NCBI GenBank assembly: GCA_001821055.1
Contig: MHRT01000001.1
Span: 27,868-91,867, forward strand
DNA: 64,000 nucleotides
Reading direction: 5' to 3'
Source of the DNA: Candidatus Taylorbacteria bacterium RIFCSPHIGHO2_12_FULL_45_16
Lineage (GTDB): Bacteria; Patescibacteriota; Minisyncoccia; Phycocordibacterales; PALSA-1337
The notes beneath the pieces were generated by a model, which saw nothing but the letters and a program-made list of their open reading frames with translations, made no database searches and was not told the origin of the DNA. Below are positions 38,996 to 48,609 of the stretch, piece after piece (within the stretch, counting starts at the first letter, position 1; the number at the start of each line of letters is the position of its first letter). Made by a program: the position numbers and the translations under genes.

Positions 38996-39793
38996 CTACT
39001 TTCCTTCAGATGACTGTTCCCACATATACCAAAACCAAGTTCGGTAGCTCTCGGCTAGATTTTTGCTTCGAATTACGAAAATTACGATATTTTTGTCAGT
39101 TTTACCGAGAGTGACTCCTGTATAAGTAACTACAAAATCACCAAAAATATGAAGAGCTGAATTGGTCGAATATTTTTTTGGCAGAAAACGATACTTGAGG
39201 TCTCCTGGGAAGTGATTGGGAAAATTTGGCATTTCTGATTTTATTTCATTGTCAAAAAGCTGAATGAATTTTATTTTTTTCCTGTTTGCTTCCTTAAAAA
39301 AAGCCGTTCTTCCCGCATCAAGATTGGGATCAAACCAAGATCCCTTCGCGCCTATGAAGTAACTGTCTTGGCCCACACGCAACACATCTCTCCAAATATT
39401 CCTCTGACCTTCTAGACCTCTATAAATGTACGCTTCCTCCGGAGCAATGCTTGCTTGGAATTTCTTTTTCAATAAAGGAAGGATGCTTCTCAAATTTTCC
39501 TGTTTTTCCGCGAGGAGCTCCGTCAGCTTGTCAGGGTCTACGGCGTTATAGGTATTTTCTCCTTTGGAAAAAATCTGGAAACAAAGACCCTTGTTGATCA
39601 ATCGTTGCATCACATCATAAGCGTTTCGGCGGTGAATATTGGCGTTCACGGCTATAGCACTGATGGAAGATTCACCACTTTCGATAAGAGATTCATATAT
39701 CCGCGCTTCATTTGGGCTTAAACCAAGCTCTTCAAGTATTTTTTGATTCATAAATTGTGGTGGTAATAGACACCCTATGGTGGTATTGGCCAC
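38996..39793 (-). CDS. TrmB-family transcriptional regulator
   Basis: The product has an N-terminal winged HTH (LGLSPNEARIYESLIESGESSISAIA) and a TrmB-like C-terminal domain. Confidence 0.7.
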   Translation of the reverse strand: MANTTIGCLLPPQFMNQKILEELGLSPNEARIYESLIESGESSISAIAVNANIHRRNAYDVMQRLINKGLCFQIFSKGENTYNAVDPDKLTELLAEKQENLRSILPLLKKKFQASIAPEEAYIYRGLEGQRNIWRDVLRVGQDSYFIGAKGSWFDPNLDAGRTAFFKEANRKKIKFIQLFDNEIKSEMPNFPNHFPGDLKYRFLPKKYSTNSALHIFGDFVVTYTGVTLGKTDKNIVIFVIRSKNLAESYRTWFWYMWEQSSEGK

Positions 39794-39850
39794 TCATAGA
39801 CCATAATATAACATACCTGTCGGACAGTCAACCAATTAAAACCAAATATT

Positions 39851-40516
39851 ATGAAAACTTCAGCATGTCTCTTAACGGCTATGTTTCTAGGTGCAATCGG
39901 TATTCAATCAGCCGAAAAGCCTGATGACTCATTGGCCTTCCAGCTTCGAATTCCAATCCATCTCCAGTTTACCGGTCTTCACACGAACAGTCTGGGAAGC
40001 TTCGGAATAGCGGCTTGGACCATCTTTTCTGACGTCACCGAAGAGGACAATAACACTGCAAACTTCAACGTTATCGGGTCTCTCTGGCAATACGGTGAAA
40101 GGGGAAGTTGGCTGGAAGTAATGGGTGGATACAAACGAACTGAAGATGGCTTCAATGACCCAGCTCTGGATATTCGCTTGTTTGATAGGACCGTTCCCAA
40201 AGTTAACATCGCTGCCGAGATCGCCTATTTTCCTCGTGAAGAGAGGAGGAGGCTCTATACTTGGCTGGCGATGGATATACCCATTTCATTGAGGAAGTAT
40301 CAGGCACGAATCGGGCTCGAATCGGAGAACATCGTCTCCTGTTCTGGAAGGAGGGATTCTTTGGGTATTGGGCCTAGACTTGTTCTGCCTCTACCGTTTG
40401 TAAGCAAAATCTCACCCGCACTGTCATCCTCACTGACGACAACTTATCAGTATCGCAATGACCGAGATTTTGTGAGGTGTTATCTCGGTTTGACTTACAA
40501 GTTTGGGAAAAAGTGA
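39851..40516 (+). CDS. Secreted beta-rich protein with an OMP-like C-terminus
   Basis: The product has a signal peptide (MKTSACLLTAMFLGAIGIQSA) and alternating hydrophobic beta-like segments. The C-terminus LGLTYKFGKK has an aromatic residue near the end. Confidence 0.45.
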   Translation: MKTSACLLTAMFLGAIGIQSAEKPDDSLAFQLRIPIHLQFTGLHTNSLGSFGIAAWTIFSDVTEEDNNTANFNVIGSLWQYGERGSWLEVMGGYKRTEDGFNDPALDIRLFDRTVPKVNIAAEIAYFPREERRRLYTWLAMDIPISLRKYQARIGLESENIVSCSGRRDSLGIGPRLVLPLPFVSKISPALSSSLTTTYQYRNDRDFVRCYLGLTYKFGKK

Positions 40517-40667
40517 AGTGCTGTTCCAAAGGTTTTTCTCAACCAGTTGCTGACTTCACGTCAGCAACTGGCTTTTCTTTTACCACAATGCCATTTTTTA
40601 GCCTTACTTCTAGGCGTGTATTGCTGTTGACTCTGTATTTCACATATGATACACTTTTGTCATAATT

Positions 40668-41279
40668 ATGAAAAACAAGAATAACCTTATCGAACAGCTA
40701 AAACCCTTACCCCATTTTACTAAAGATGTTGTGTACCAGCTTGGCAAGCATCTAGGGCTTGAGGATTCTACGGTTGACACCTACATTAGCCGCTTCTTGA
40801 AGCGCAAAGAAATTTATCGTCTAAAAAATGGGCTCTATGTTTCATCTGATTTTTTCGATAAGAATAAGAATGATATTTCTTATTCATTTTACCTTGCCAA
40901 TATTCTTCGCAGGCCATCATACGTTAGTTCGTGGACGGCGCTCCAGTATTACAATCTTACTACTGAAGCAATCTACGGAGTCACTTCGGTGACGCAGAAA
41001 GTTAAAAGAGACTACCAGACAAAGGCCGGCAGTTTTGTTTATCAGTCGATCGATAAAAAGTTTTTTTCTAATTTTTCTCTAGTAAACGGGAAATTTAAAT
41101 TTTTCATCGCCTCGCCCTCAAAAGCATTGTTTGATTTGCTATACTTTAAGACCAATGAGTTCCGTGGTGTTTCGATCGGAAACGTTGAGGATATGATAAA
41201 AGAGTTGAGGATAGATTTTGAAGAGATGGAAGAGGAAGAGCAGACGAAATTTTATTCAATGGTCAACAAACTAAAATGA
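40668..41279 (+). CDS. AbiEi-like antitoxin/transcriptional regulator
   Basis: The 203-aa product has an AbiEi_4-like N-terminal domain. Its stop overlaps the start of the downstream AbiEii-like gene (ATGA). Confidence 0.6.
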   Translation: MKNKNNLIEQLKPLPHFTKDVVYQLGKHLGLEDSTVDTYISRFLKRKEIYRLKNGLYVSSDFFDKNKNDISYSFYLANILRRPSYVSSWTALQYYNLTTEAIYGVTSVTQKVKRDYQTKAGSFVYQSIDKKFFSNFSLVNGKFKFFIASPSKALFDLLYFKTNEFRGVSIGNVEDMIKELRIDFEEMEEEEQTKFYSMVNKLK

Positions 41280-42553
41280 GTGAACAGATTAAAACAATTC
41301 TAAAAAGAAAACTTGATGATCTTGCCTCTTATGGTGAGATTGATGTAGAAACACGTCGTAACGCGCTTAAAGAGGATTTGCAGTTCTACGTCCTCAATTT
41401 TATTTATCATCATCCTGAATACAATAAATGGATTATGTATGGAGGCTCCGCACTCCGTATCATTCATGGTCTTGATCGAATGTCGGTTGATCTAGACTTT
41501 GAAATTTCACATTCTATAACGGAGAAATTCTTGGAAGAGGTGAAGAAAGAGATTGAAGACTATTTCAAAAACACTTATGGCGCAGGAACGGATTTCCTTA
41601 CAATTAAAATAACCACGGGCAGGGGATTACTTCTCAAATTCCATGTCGGTGATGAGTTAAGCTCTGGGCACCCGTCGAAACAGGTTCATGTAAAGATAGA
41701 CCTCAATCACTTTGTGGCACCGAAGACTGTGACGGAACGTAGACCAATAAACCAGGACCAGCTTTCTTTTGTAATTCTGACCTATAACATGTCAGCCCTC
41801 ATGGCTAGCAAACTGGCTGCTATTTTCCTCCGAGGAACTCGCGGTATCGGCTCTGCTACATATGAAGAAAAAGGGCGTGATATATATGATCTTCTTTGGT
41901 ACATGAACAAAAAGATTGTGCCTGATCTGGGCTATCTCGTAGCTAAGGAGATTGATGTAAAAGACCCACGCATGATCTTCGATAGGCTTACGCTTCAGAT
42001 GAACAAAGTTAGTGATGATAATCTTAAGCAGGACCTATCACCTCTGTTTGTAAATCGAGGCTTTATTGAAAGATGGCTCAAAAATTGGCGTGAGAGTTAC
42101 TTGCGACTTCTTGATGACTACAAAATTCGGACTGTAGTGGGTTTAGAAAGGATTGTAATTCATCAGGATGAGCCAAGTACAACCGCCATCACTTTTGAAT
42201 ATTTCTACAAAACTAAAGATGATAAGTTGTTTAGGGTTATGTACAAAATTGAAGACTATTTGGTTGCATTTAGTGATGATGTTTTACCCGTTGAACCTGA
42301 TAGAAACATTGAAGAGAAGATAGGGTTTGTCACCAGTATTATAGGCGGTAAGCGAGATAGGTTAAATCGGTTTGCAACTCTGTTTTATCAGAAAACTGAA
42401 AAGTATTTCAAGAAAACAAACAAAATCGTGCTTGGCGATAATCTTGTTACTAAAGTAATCCGAATGACCGCCGACGGTTTAAATCAGAAAGAACAGATTC
42501 TCCTCAATAAGTCCACCCTATTATCCTGTGAACTCGATGACTTGTTGAAATAG
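41276..42553 (+). CDS. AbiEii/AbiGii-family nucleotidyltransferase toxin (DUF1814) with a C-terminal extension
   Basis: The product carries the NTase motif YGGSALRIIHGLDRMSVDLDFEI. At 425 aa it is about 120 aa longer than a typical AbiEii. Confidence 0.65.
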   Translation: MSEQIKTILKRKLDDLASYGEIDVETRRNALKEDLQFYVLNFIYHHPEYNKWIMYGGSALRIIHGLDRMSVDLDFEISHSITEKFLEEVKKEIEDYFKNTYGAGTDFLTIKITTGRGLLLKFHVGDELSSGHPSKQVHVKIDLNHFVAPKTVTERRPINQDQLSFVILTYNMSALMASKLAAIFLRGTRGIGSATYEEKGRDIYDLLWYMNKKIVPDLGYLVAKEIDVKDPRMIFDRLTLQMNKVSDDNLKQDLSPLFVNRGFIERWLKNWRESYLRLLDDYKIRTVVGLERIVIHQDEPSTTAITFEYFYKTKDDKLFRVMYKIEDYLVAFSDDVLPVEPDRNIEEKIGFVTSIIGGKRDRLNRFATLFYQKTEKYFKKTNKIVLGDNLVTKVIRMTADGLNQKEQILLNKSTLLSCELDDLLK

Positions 42554-42558
42554 CAAAA

Positions 42559-42583
42559 AACCGCCCTTAAGGCGGTCTTTGCG
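42559..42583. terminator. Bidirectional terminator hairpin between abiEii and hup
   Basis: The sequence AAAAAACCGCCC-TTAA-GGCGGTCTTTG reads as a hairpin with a T-run on the minus strand. Confidence 0.6.
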
Positions 42584-42612
42584 TTTCGGTGAGAAACCGA
42601 AGAGAAATAGAG

Positions 42613-42885
42613 CTATTTTACGGCGTCCTTGAGTGCCTTTGCGGCGCGGAACTTTGGAACCTTCATGGCTGGAACCTTGATGGCTTCGCCAGTGCGAGGG
42701 TTGCGAGCGTCGCGAGCTGCGCGTTGTTTGACTGAGAAGATACCGAGGCCGGCGATAGAGACCTCTTCGCCCTTCTTGAGAGAGTCAACGATGCTATTGA
42801 TAGCTGTCTCAACTGCTTGCTCGGCCTGAACCTTGGTTCCTCCGAGAACTCCGTGAACTGCATCTACAATTCCTGCTTTATTCAT
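42613..42885 (-). CDS. hup: DNA-binding protein HU
   Basis: The 90-aa product carries the HU pattern MNKAGIVDAV...GLGIFSVKQRAARDARNPRTGEAIKVPAMKVPKFRAAKALKDAV. Confidence 0.95.
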   Translation of the reverse strand: MNKAGIVDAVHGVLGGTKVQAEQAVETAINSIVDSLKKGEEVSIAGLGIFSVKQRAARDARNPRTGEAIKVPAMKVPKFRAAKALKDAVK

Positions 42886-43061
42886 TGTTGTATATATTAA
42901 TTAATAATCGCTTGTAAGTGGTCTCGGCCCGCCGCTGCCTCGATGGGCGGAGCGGATCGAGTCTATAACCATGGCCCTAATTATATAGTAAGCCGTATTT
43001 TGAGCAATAGGGTGGGAAAAGTTGACAAGATGTTGATAAATATTGCTCTGTACTTACCTGG

Positions 43062-44591
43062 TTATCTCGCAAACTCTATCGTCCTCGTCTCCCGTATAAC
43101 ATTCACCTTGATCTCGCCAGGATACTTGAGATCCTTTTCAATCTTCATGGCAATCTCTCTTGCCATATTTTTGGCAGTTAGATCATCAACTTCCTCGGGC
43201 TTCACGAATATGCGTATCTCGCGTCCGGCTTGGAGAGCGTAGGACTTCTCGATGCCAGGGAATGAGTTGGCCAGAGCCTCAAGGTCGCCGAGACGCTTGA
43301 TGTAGTTTTCAATATTATCGCGTCTGGCACCGGGACGAGCACCGGAAATGGCGTCCGCGGTCTGGACGATGCGAGATTCAATGGTCTCGTAAGGGTATTC
43401 TTCATGATGAGCTTGCATGGCCTTGATGACTTCTTCTGGAGCGCCAAATTTTTGCAAGATGCGGCGACCAATCTCGACATGAGTGCCGGCGACTTCGTGG
43501 TCAAGAGCTTTGCCTATATCGTGAAGGAGAGCACCAGCCTTGGCGACTTGAACATTGGCACCGAGCTCTTCGGCAATCATCCCGGCTATATGAGCCATTT
43601 CCATGGAATGTTGGAGAACATTCTGGCCATAGCTGGTGCGGAAATGGAGGCGACCGAGAATGAGTAGAATGCGTGGATCCAATCCGAGCACGCCACATTC
43701 ATACGCGGCGGCCTCACCTTTTTCTTTGATGGTTTTGTTTATATCCTGTTTTGCCTTTTCAACCAAAGATTCTATCTTTACCGGCTGGATGCGGCCGTCT
43801 TTGATGAGTTCACGCAAAGCGATGGCGGCAGTATGACGGCGCACTGGATCAAATGAAGAAATGGTGATGGCGCCTGGAGTATCGTCAACCATGACTTCAA
43901 CGCCGGTGACGCGTTCAAAAGCTTTGATATTGCGACCTTCCTTGCCGATAATTTTCCCCTTGACATCATCGCTTGGAATTTCAACCATAGTGGACATGAT
44001 ATCCTGCGTAACGGATGACGCCAGGCGCTGAATAGAAATGGCGAGAATATCTTGCGCTTTCTTATTGAGCATGTCTTCGCCTTGAGTGTCGAGTTTATTC
44101 ATACGAACGAGCAAATCTTCTTCGCTGCGCTTTTCCACGATCTTCATGAGTTGGTCTTTGGCATCGTTGGCAGAGAGCTGAGCGATTTTTTCAAGTGCGG
44201 CTAGGCGATCAAGCTCGAGTTTGTCGGCTTTCTCGCGGATAGTCTTGATTTCAGCTACGCGGATCTTGATCATCTCGACTTCTTTGTCGATGTCAGTTTG
44301 GCGCTTGTCGAGTAGGTCCTCTTTTTTGATGAGGCGATCCTCGATTTGATGTATTTTTTCTTCTTTCTCTTTAATCTCTACTCGCGCGTCGTTGAGGGTT
44401 TTGGTGGCTTTGACTTCAGCGTCCGCGGTAATCTTCTTGGCCTCTTCTTTGGCGGCAAGAAGCATTTCCTTGATTTCAAGCTCCATGGATCCCTTTTTGC
44501 CAAGAGAGATGATCAGTCGCAGATAGTAACCAACAGCCACTCCGACGACTCCGGCGACGGATAGAAAGAGGGCAACTAATTTTAATGACAT
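43062..44591 (-). CDS. rny: Ribonuclease Y
   Basis: The product has an N-terminal TM, a coiled coil, a KH domain and an HD domain (LLHDIGKALDHE). It is 509 aa. Confidence 0.9.
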   Translation of the reverse strand: MSLKLVALFLSVAGVVGVAVGYYLRLIISLGKKGSMELEIKEMLLAAKEEAKKITADAEVKATKTLNDARVEIKEKEEKIHQIEDRLIKKEDLLDKRQTDIDKEVEMIKIRVAEIKTIREKADKLELDRLAALEKIAQLSANDAKDQLMKIVEKRSEEDLLVRMNKLDTQGEDMLNKKAQDILAISIQRLASSVTQDIMSTMVEIPSDDVKGKIIGKEGRNIKAFERVTGVEVMVDDTPGAITISSFDPVRRHTAAIALRELIKDGRIQPVKIESLVEKAKQDINKTIKEKGEAAAYECGVLGLDPRILLILGRLHFRTSYGQNVLQHSMEMAHIAGMIAEELGANVQVAKAGALLHDIGKALDHEVAGTHVEIGRRILQKFGAPEEVIKAMQAHHEEYPYETIESRIVQTADAISGARPGARRDNIENYIKRLGDLEALANSFPGIEKSYALQAGREIRIFVKPEEVDDLTAKNMAREIAMKIEKDLKYPGEIKVNVIRETRTIEFAR

Positions 44592-44863
44592 ATGCGGTGT
44601 GGATCCGCCTTTGACGAGAACTATGGTGAGATTAACGTATGAGCTTGTGCCCGAAAGTTTGCGGGGTATGATGTTGTAACTCGATTCAATAGGGTGTTCA
44701 TAAGTTGTTTTTTCACTAGAATTCCTTAAAAAGCGGTGTTAATTTAAAAATTGGTAACGATTGTATGATATAACTTATTTGGACGGAGCGCAAGTTGACT
44801 TGTCATTTTGCTTTTACTAGATATAAAAAAGGCACCATATCGTGAGATATGACACCAGTGATT

Positions 44864-45493
44864 TCAAAGTCGCTTGCCGATCATGAATATTGAACCAATC
44901 AAAAGAAAAAGGATGATTGCACTTGGCTCCGGTACGACTTGGATAAGGTAGAGTTGATCTGTCCGGAATCTCTCCGTATTTACCAAGATAAAGTCCTGAA
45001 TAGTCCCTCCTGGTGCATCTGCTATCTCAAGCGGGTTAAGAGCATCGAGGCCCCAAGAGTAGAGTCCAGTTTGTGGAGCGGCAAAATTGGGTAATATGAA
45101 TTGAAAGTTTCGACTTTCTCCTTCTGGTACCGAATACCAATCCGATGTATCGCTCGGATATGACACTGGTGAAATTAGATAGCCTTCAGCCGGAGATGTT
45201 ACATGGTAATTACCATTCAGGAGTATGGTGGTGTGGCTATATAAGCCGTCGAAAATGTTGTAGTCTTTTCGAACAAATACGTCCATGTCCGTAGCCGTCA
45301 GGCTTATTATTATCGAGAAGCTTCCGTACTTACTGGGATTATTAACCGTTCCAGTGTAATCTGCTCGTAGATTGACCAGATCGAGCTCGAACGCCTGCGT
45401 CAGATTTGAGGCAGTGAGAAAGAGAACGAGGGTAATGCCGACCAGACCAACAGCGAAACTGCCAACCGAATGTCGAATTGCAATGTTCTTCAT
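44864..45493 (-). CDS. PEP-CTERM sorting-domain secreted protein
   Basis: The product has an N-terminal signal. Its C-terminus VPEPSAIILFLLIGSIFMIGKRL (PEP, TM helix, basic tail) is the PEP-CTERM signature. Confidence 0.65.
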   Translation of the reverse strand: MKNIAIRHSVGSFAVGLVGITLVLFLTASNLTQAFELDLVNLRADYTGTVNNPSKYGSFSIIISLTATDMDVFVRKDYNIFDGLYSHTTILLNGNYHVTSPAEGYLISPVSYPSDTSDWYSVPEGESRNFQFILPNFAAPQTGLYSWGLDALNPLEIADAPGGTIQDFILVNTERFRTDQLYLIQVVPEPSAIILFLLIGSIFMIGKRL

Positions 45494-45629
45494 AGTTTAT
45501 TTTCTCCCTTTGTTTTTTGGGAGACCTTTTTGTTTCTGTAAATCATCCTACAGAAGATTTTATATTTGTCAAGATTATGCTTTCATGCTATAGTGCTTGA
45601 GCAATTATTTTCAATAAAAATATAAAACC

Positions 45630-46211
45630 ATGTTAATCCCAACCGTTATCGAAAAATCATCGTTTGGCGAACGCGCGTATGACATCTACTCACGCCTCCT
45701 CAAAGAAAATATTATTTTCCTGGGCGGTCCCATCGACGACCACATGGCCAACCTGATCATTGCCCAGCTGCTTTTCCTGCAATCCGAAGATCCAAAGAAG
45801 GAAGTTCAGCTCTACATAAACTCGCCTGGCGGTTCAGTGACCTCAACTTTAGCCATTATTGATACGATGAATCATGTCAAGAATGATATCTCCACTGTTT
45901 GTGTGGGTATCGCCGCTTCTGGTGCGGCCCTGATTCTTTCGGCTGGGACAAAAGGCAAGCGCGTAGCTCTGCCTAACGCCGAAGTTATGATTCATCAGCC
46001 GCTTGGTGGCGCCGAAGGACAGGCTTCGGATATAGAGATCAGCGCCAAGCACATCATCAAGACCCGCGCGACCATCAACAAAATTCTCGCCAAGAATACT
46101 GGCCAGTCACTGTCGAAGATTGATAAAGATGTTGATCGGGATTTCTTCATGGATGCCGAAGAAGCCAAGAAATATGGAATTATTGATCAGGTGGTCAATG
46201 GGAAGAAGTAA
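45630..46211 (+). CDS. clpP: ATP-dependent Clp protease proteolytic subunit
   Basis: The product carries a Ser-His-Asp triad context (GIAASGAAL and MIHQPLGG). It is 193 aa. Confidence 0.95.
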   Translation: MLIPTVIEKSSFGERAYDIYSRLLKENIIFLGGPIDDHMANLIIAQLLFLQSEDPKKEVQLYINSPGGSVTSTLAIIDTMNHVKNDISTVCVGIAASGAALILSAGTKGKRVALPNAEVMIHQPLGGAEGQASDIEISAKHIIKTRATINKILAKNTGQSLSKIDKDVDRDFFMDAEEAKKYGIIDQVVNGKK

Positions 46212-46271
46212 TTAATGATTAAAACCCAATGATGCAATGATCAGATTCGGGCCGATTGGCCGCATTGATAA

Positions 46272-46990
46272 TTGGAAACTTATAACATGCGTCTCTACCG
46301 CTTCTACATAAGCGAAATTATTGGCTCACGGAAAGAGATTATTATTCATTCAGATGAATTGGCGAATCAGATTTTGCACGTGTTTCGAATGAAAGTGGGG
46401 GAGAGCGTCATTCTGTTTGATGGTTCTGGTTTTGATTATGAATGTGTCATTGCCAGCTTCGGTCAAACTGACCAAAAATTAGTCACTTTCAATGTCGGGA
46501 GAAAAACGCTAAGCAGATTCATGCCTGCGTGTGAGGTTACTTTATGCGCGGCGGTGGTAAAAAAAATACTTTTGAATGGATTGTGGAAAAAGCCACGGAA
46601 CTTGGCGTGACGAAAATAATCCCGATCATGGCCGAGCGTAGCGAGAAAAAGAATTTAAATGAAGAACGATTGAAGAAAATTGCGGTGGAGGCTAGTGAGC
46701 AGTCAGGACGGGGGACTGTGCCGGAGATTGAGGTAATCATCAGTCTGGAAGAAGCTGTTCAGCGGCTTCCCCGAGGTTCCACCTCGGTGGCATTCCATAC
46801 CGAAGGTAAGCCATTACCCCTGCCTATCCGAGGTGGAACCTCGGTACTCTTCATCGGTCCGGAGGGCGGCTGGTCGCCGAAAGAAATCGAGATGTTTCAC
46901 GCCAATAAAATTCCCATATTTACATTCGGAAAACAAGTTTTGCGGTCTGAGACTGCCGTAGTCGTTACCCTTGCGAAGATATTACTGTAA
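46272..46990 (+). CDS. rsmE: 16S rRNA (uracil1498-N3)-methyltransferase RsmE, split by a -1 frameshift at an A8 tract
   Basis: ORF1 (46272-46610, PUA-like N-domain) and ORF2 (46544-46990, SPOUT domain with ATELGV and GPEGG) are in frames 0 and -1. The joined product aligns to the full RsmE pattern across the A8 tract at 46559-46566. Confidence 0.8.
46771..46787. repeat. 17-nt palindromic repeat, copy 4 (inside rsmE)
   Basis: Exact CCGAGGTTCCACCTCGG. It encodes PRGSTS. Confidence 0.9.
46828..46844. repeat. 17-nt palindromic repeat, copy 5 (inside rsmE, inverse orientation)
   Basis: Exact CCGAGGTGGAACCTCGG, 40 nt downstream of copy 4. It encodes IRGGTS. Confidence 0.9.
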
Positions 46991-47082
46991 GTCGCGTGCC
47001 AATTTCAGTTAGCGTGGGATTTCATGAGGTTTTTGATTAAATTGTTTATTTTTGGTAAAGTTCAATCAAATAAAGATGTTTT

Positions 47083-48159
47083 TTATTTGTTCGACTCAAG
47101 AAAAACAAACACCTTCTCATTGGTCAGCACCGTTTCCGCATAGACAGCCGCACGCTCACGGTCGGCGTCTTTATAATGTTCAACGATGCGATTTACTTCC
47201 TCTTCAATTTCCTGAACTTCAGGTTTGATATTTTCTTTCTTGGCGATCTCATTCAGGATCAATTGCAGCTTGGCTTTCTTTTCAGCATGAGGTCTCCACT
47301 CGGCACGAAGTTCCTCAATGGTTTTCTTGGCGTGCTTCATGTAGTCCTCCAGCTTCACGCCCATCCGTTCGATGTCAGCGGAGAATTGCGACTGGGTCCG
47401 GTTGAGTTCGCTTTCGATCATCACATCAGGCAATTCGATCTTAGTTGCTTCGACCAGAGCATCGGCGATCCGGACGCGAGTTTTTTCTATGGCCTGATCG
47501 CGTTTCTGTCCGGCAATCATGTCCGACAACTTATTCTTGAAATCAGATACATCGGTAAAATCTCCCAAACCCTTGACGAATTCATCTGTAAGTCCCGGCA
47601 TCGCAGCTTCAATAGCTTTGTCATGTTCCTCCGGCGTCATCTTGTCATGATTATGTCCTTCGTGAGACGCATGCTGTTTGCGAACGCGCAAGACTGCTTC
47701 ATCAATATCTTTTTCAGAAACCTTCAAATCTTTCGGATCGGCTTTCTCGGCTTCTTTTTCGGCAATTTTCTTGTAATCAGGCAAAACAATTTCAGGTACT
47801 ACTGAAGTCGTCGCCGTAAATTCCAATGGATTATCTTTGGCTAGCTTGGTAACACGGATCTCTGGCTTACCTATGGCGTCAATTTTTTCAGTAATTAAAA
47901 TATCAATGTATGCTTTTGACAGCGCCAACTCAGCCATCTCTTCCAAGATTGCCATATCTCCAACTTTGGCCACGAGAATGTTTTCTGGAACCCTGCCTTT
48001 GCGAAATCCGTCTAACGTGATTGATTCATTAATGTGATTTATTGCTTCGGCGCGATATTTTCCCCATTCAGCTGCGGCAACCGAACCGGTGATCTCCACA
48101 CGGGATTTGTCGAGCTTTTTAGCGATGGCTGAGTCGTATGATTTGGTTGTTTCAATCAT
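47083..48159 (-). CDS. tig: Trigger factor (short)
   Basis: The product follows the N-terminal pattern MIETTKS...ITLDGFRKGRVPENILVAKVG, then a PPIase-like domain and a C-domain. I placed the start at the internal Met. Confidence 0.85.
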   Translation of the reverse strand: MIETTKSYDSAIAKKLDKSRVEITGSVAAAEWGKYRAEAINHINESITLDGFRKGRVPENILVAKVGDMAILEEMAELALSKAYIDILITEKIDAIGKPEIRVTKLAKDNPLEFTATTSVVPEIVLPDYKKIAEKEAEKADPKDLKVSEKDIDEAVLRVRKQHASHEGHNHDKMTPEEHDKAIEAAMPGLTDEFVKGLGDFTDVSDFKNKLSDMIAGQKRDQAIEKTRVRIADALVEATKIELPDVMIESELNRTQSQFSADIERMGVKLEDYMKHAKKTIEELRAEWRPHAEKKAKLQLILNEIAKKENIKPEVQEIEEEVNRIVEHYKDADRERAAVYAETVLTNEKVFVFLESNK

Positions 48160-48246
48160 GAAAATGAGTCTACACGGAAAGTTGGTCTGAAGCAAGAAAA
48201 ACTCCCGGCAAGGGAGCTTTCTTTGTCTGAAAATTTGAATTATCGC

Positions 48247-48591
48247 CTAAAAATTTTGATCATCCAGGCCTTGGGTTGAAGCTTCGAGGTCAGCTTCAAG
48301 GGATGTTATATCGTCATTTGTGCTTGTGACTGATTTGATGGTTGTTGTTTCGGTGATTGTTGTGGTCTCGGTGGTCTCGTTCGCCATGGTCGAATCGGCT
48401 GGGACTTGTTGTTCATCGATCTTTGAAGCAAAGAGATACAAAGCACCAATGACGAGTATGAGGACAATAATCAATATGGCGACAATCAGCCCGGTATTTT
48501 TGTGTTGAGGTAGATTGTTTGTTTGGACAGTAGTCGAAGACGGTGTTGGTGCTACGGGCGACAATGGTTGTTGTGGTGTGAGTGGATCCAT
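48247..48591 (-). CDS. Small membrane protein (Thr-rich C-terminus)
   Basis: This 114-aa product has a single TM segment (GLIVAILIIVLILVIGALYLF). Confidence 0.4.
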   Translation of the reverse strand: MDPLTPQQPLSPVAPTPSSTTVQTNNLPQHKNTGLIVAILIIVLILVIGALYLFASKIDEQQVPADSTMANETTETTTITETTTIKSVTSTNDDITSLEADLEASTQGLDDQNF

Positions 48592-48609
48592 GGTTGTTGT
48601 TTATTAATA

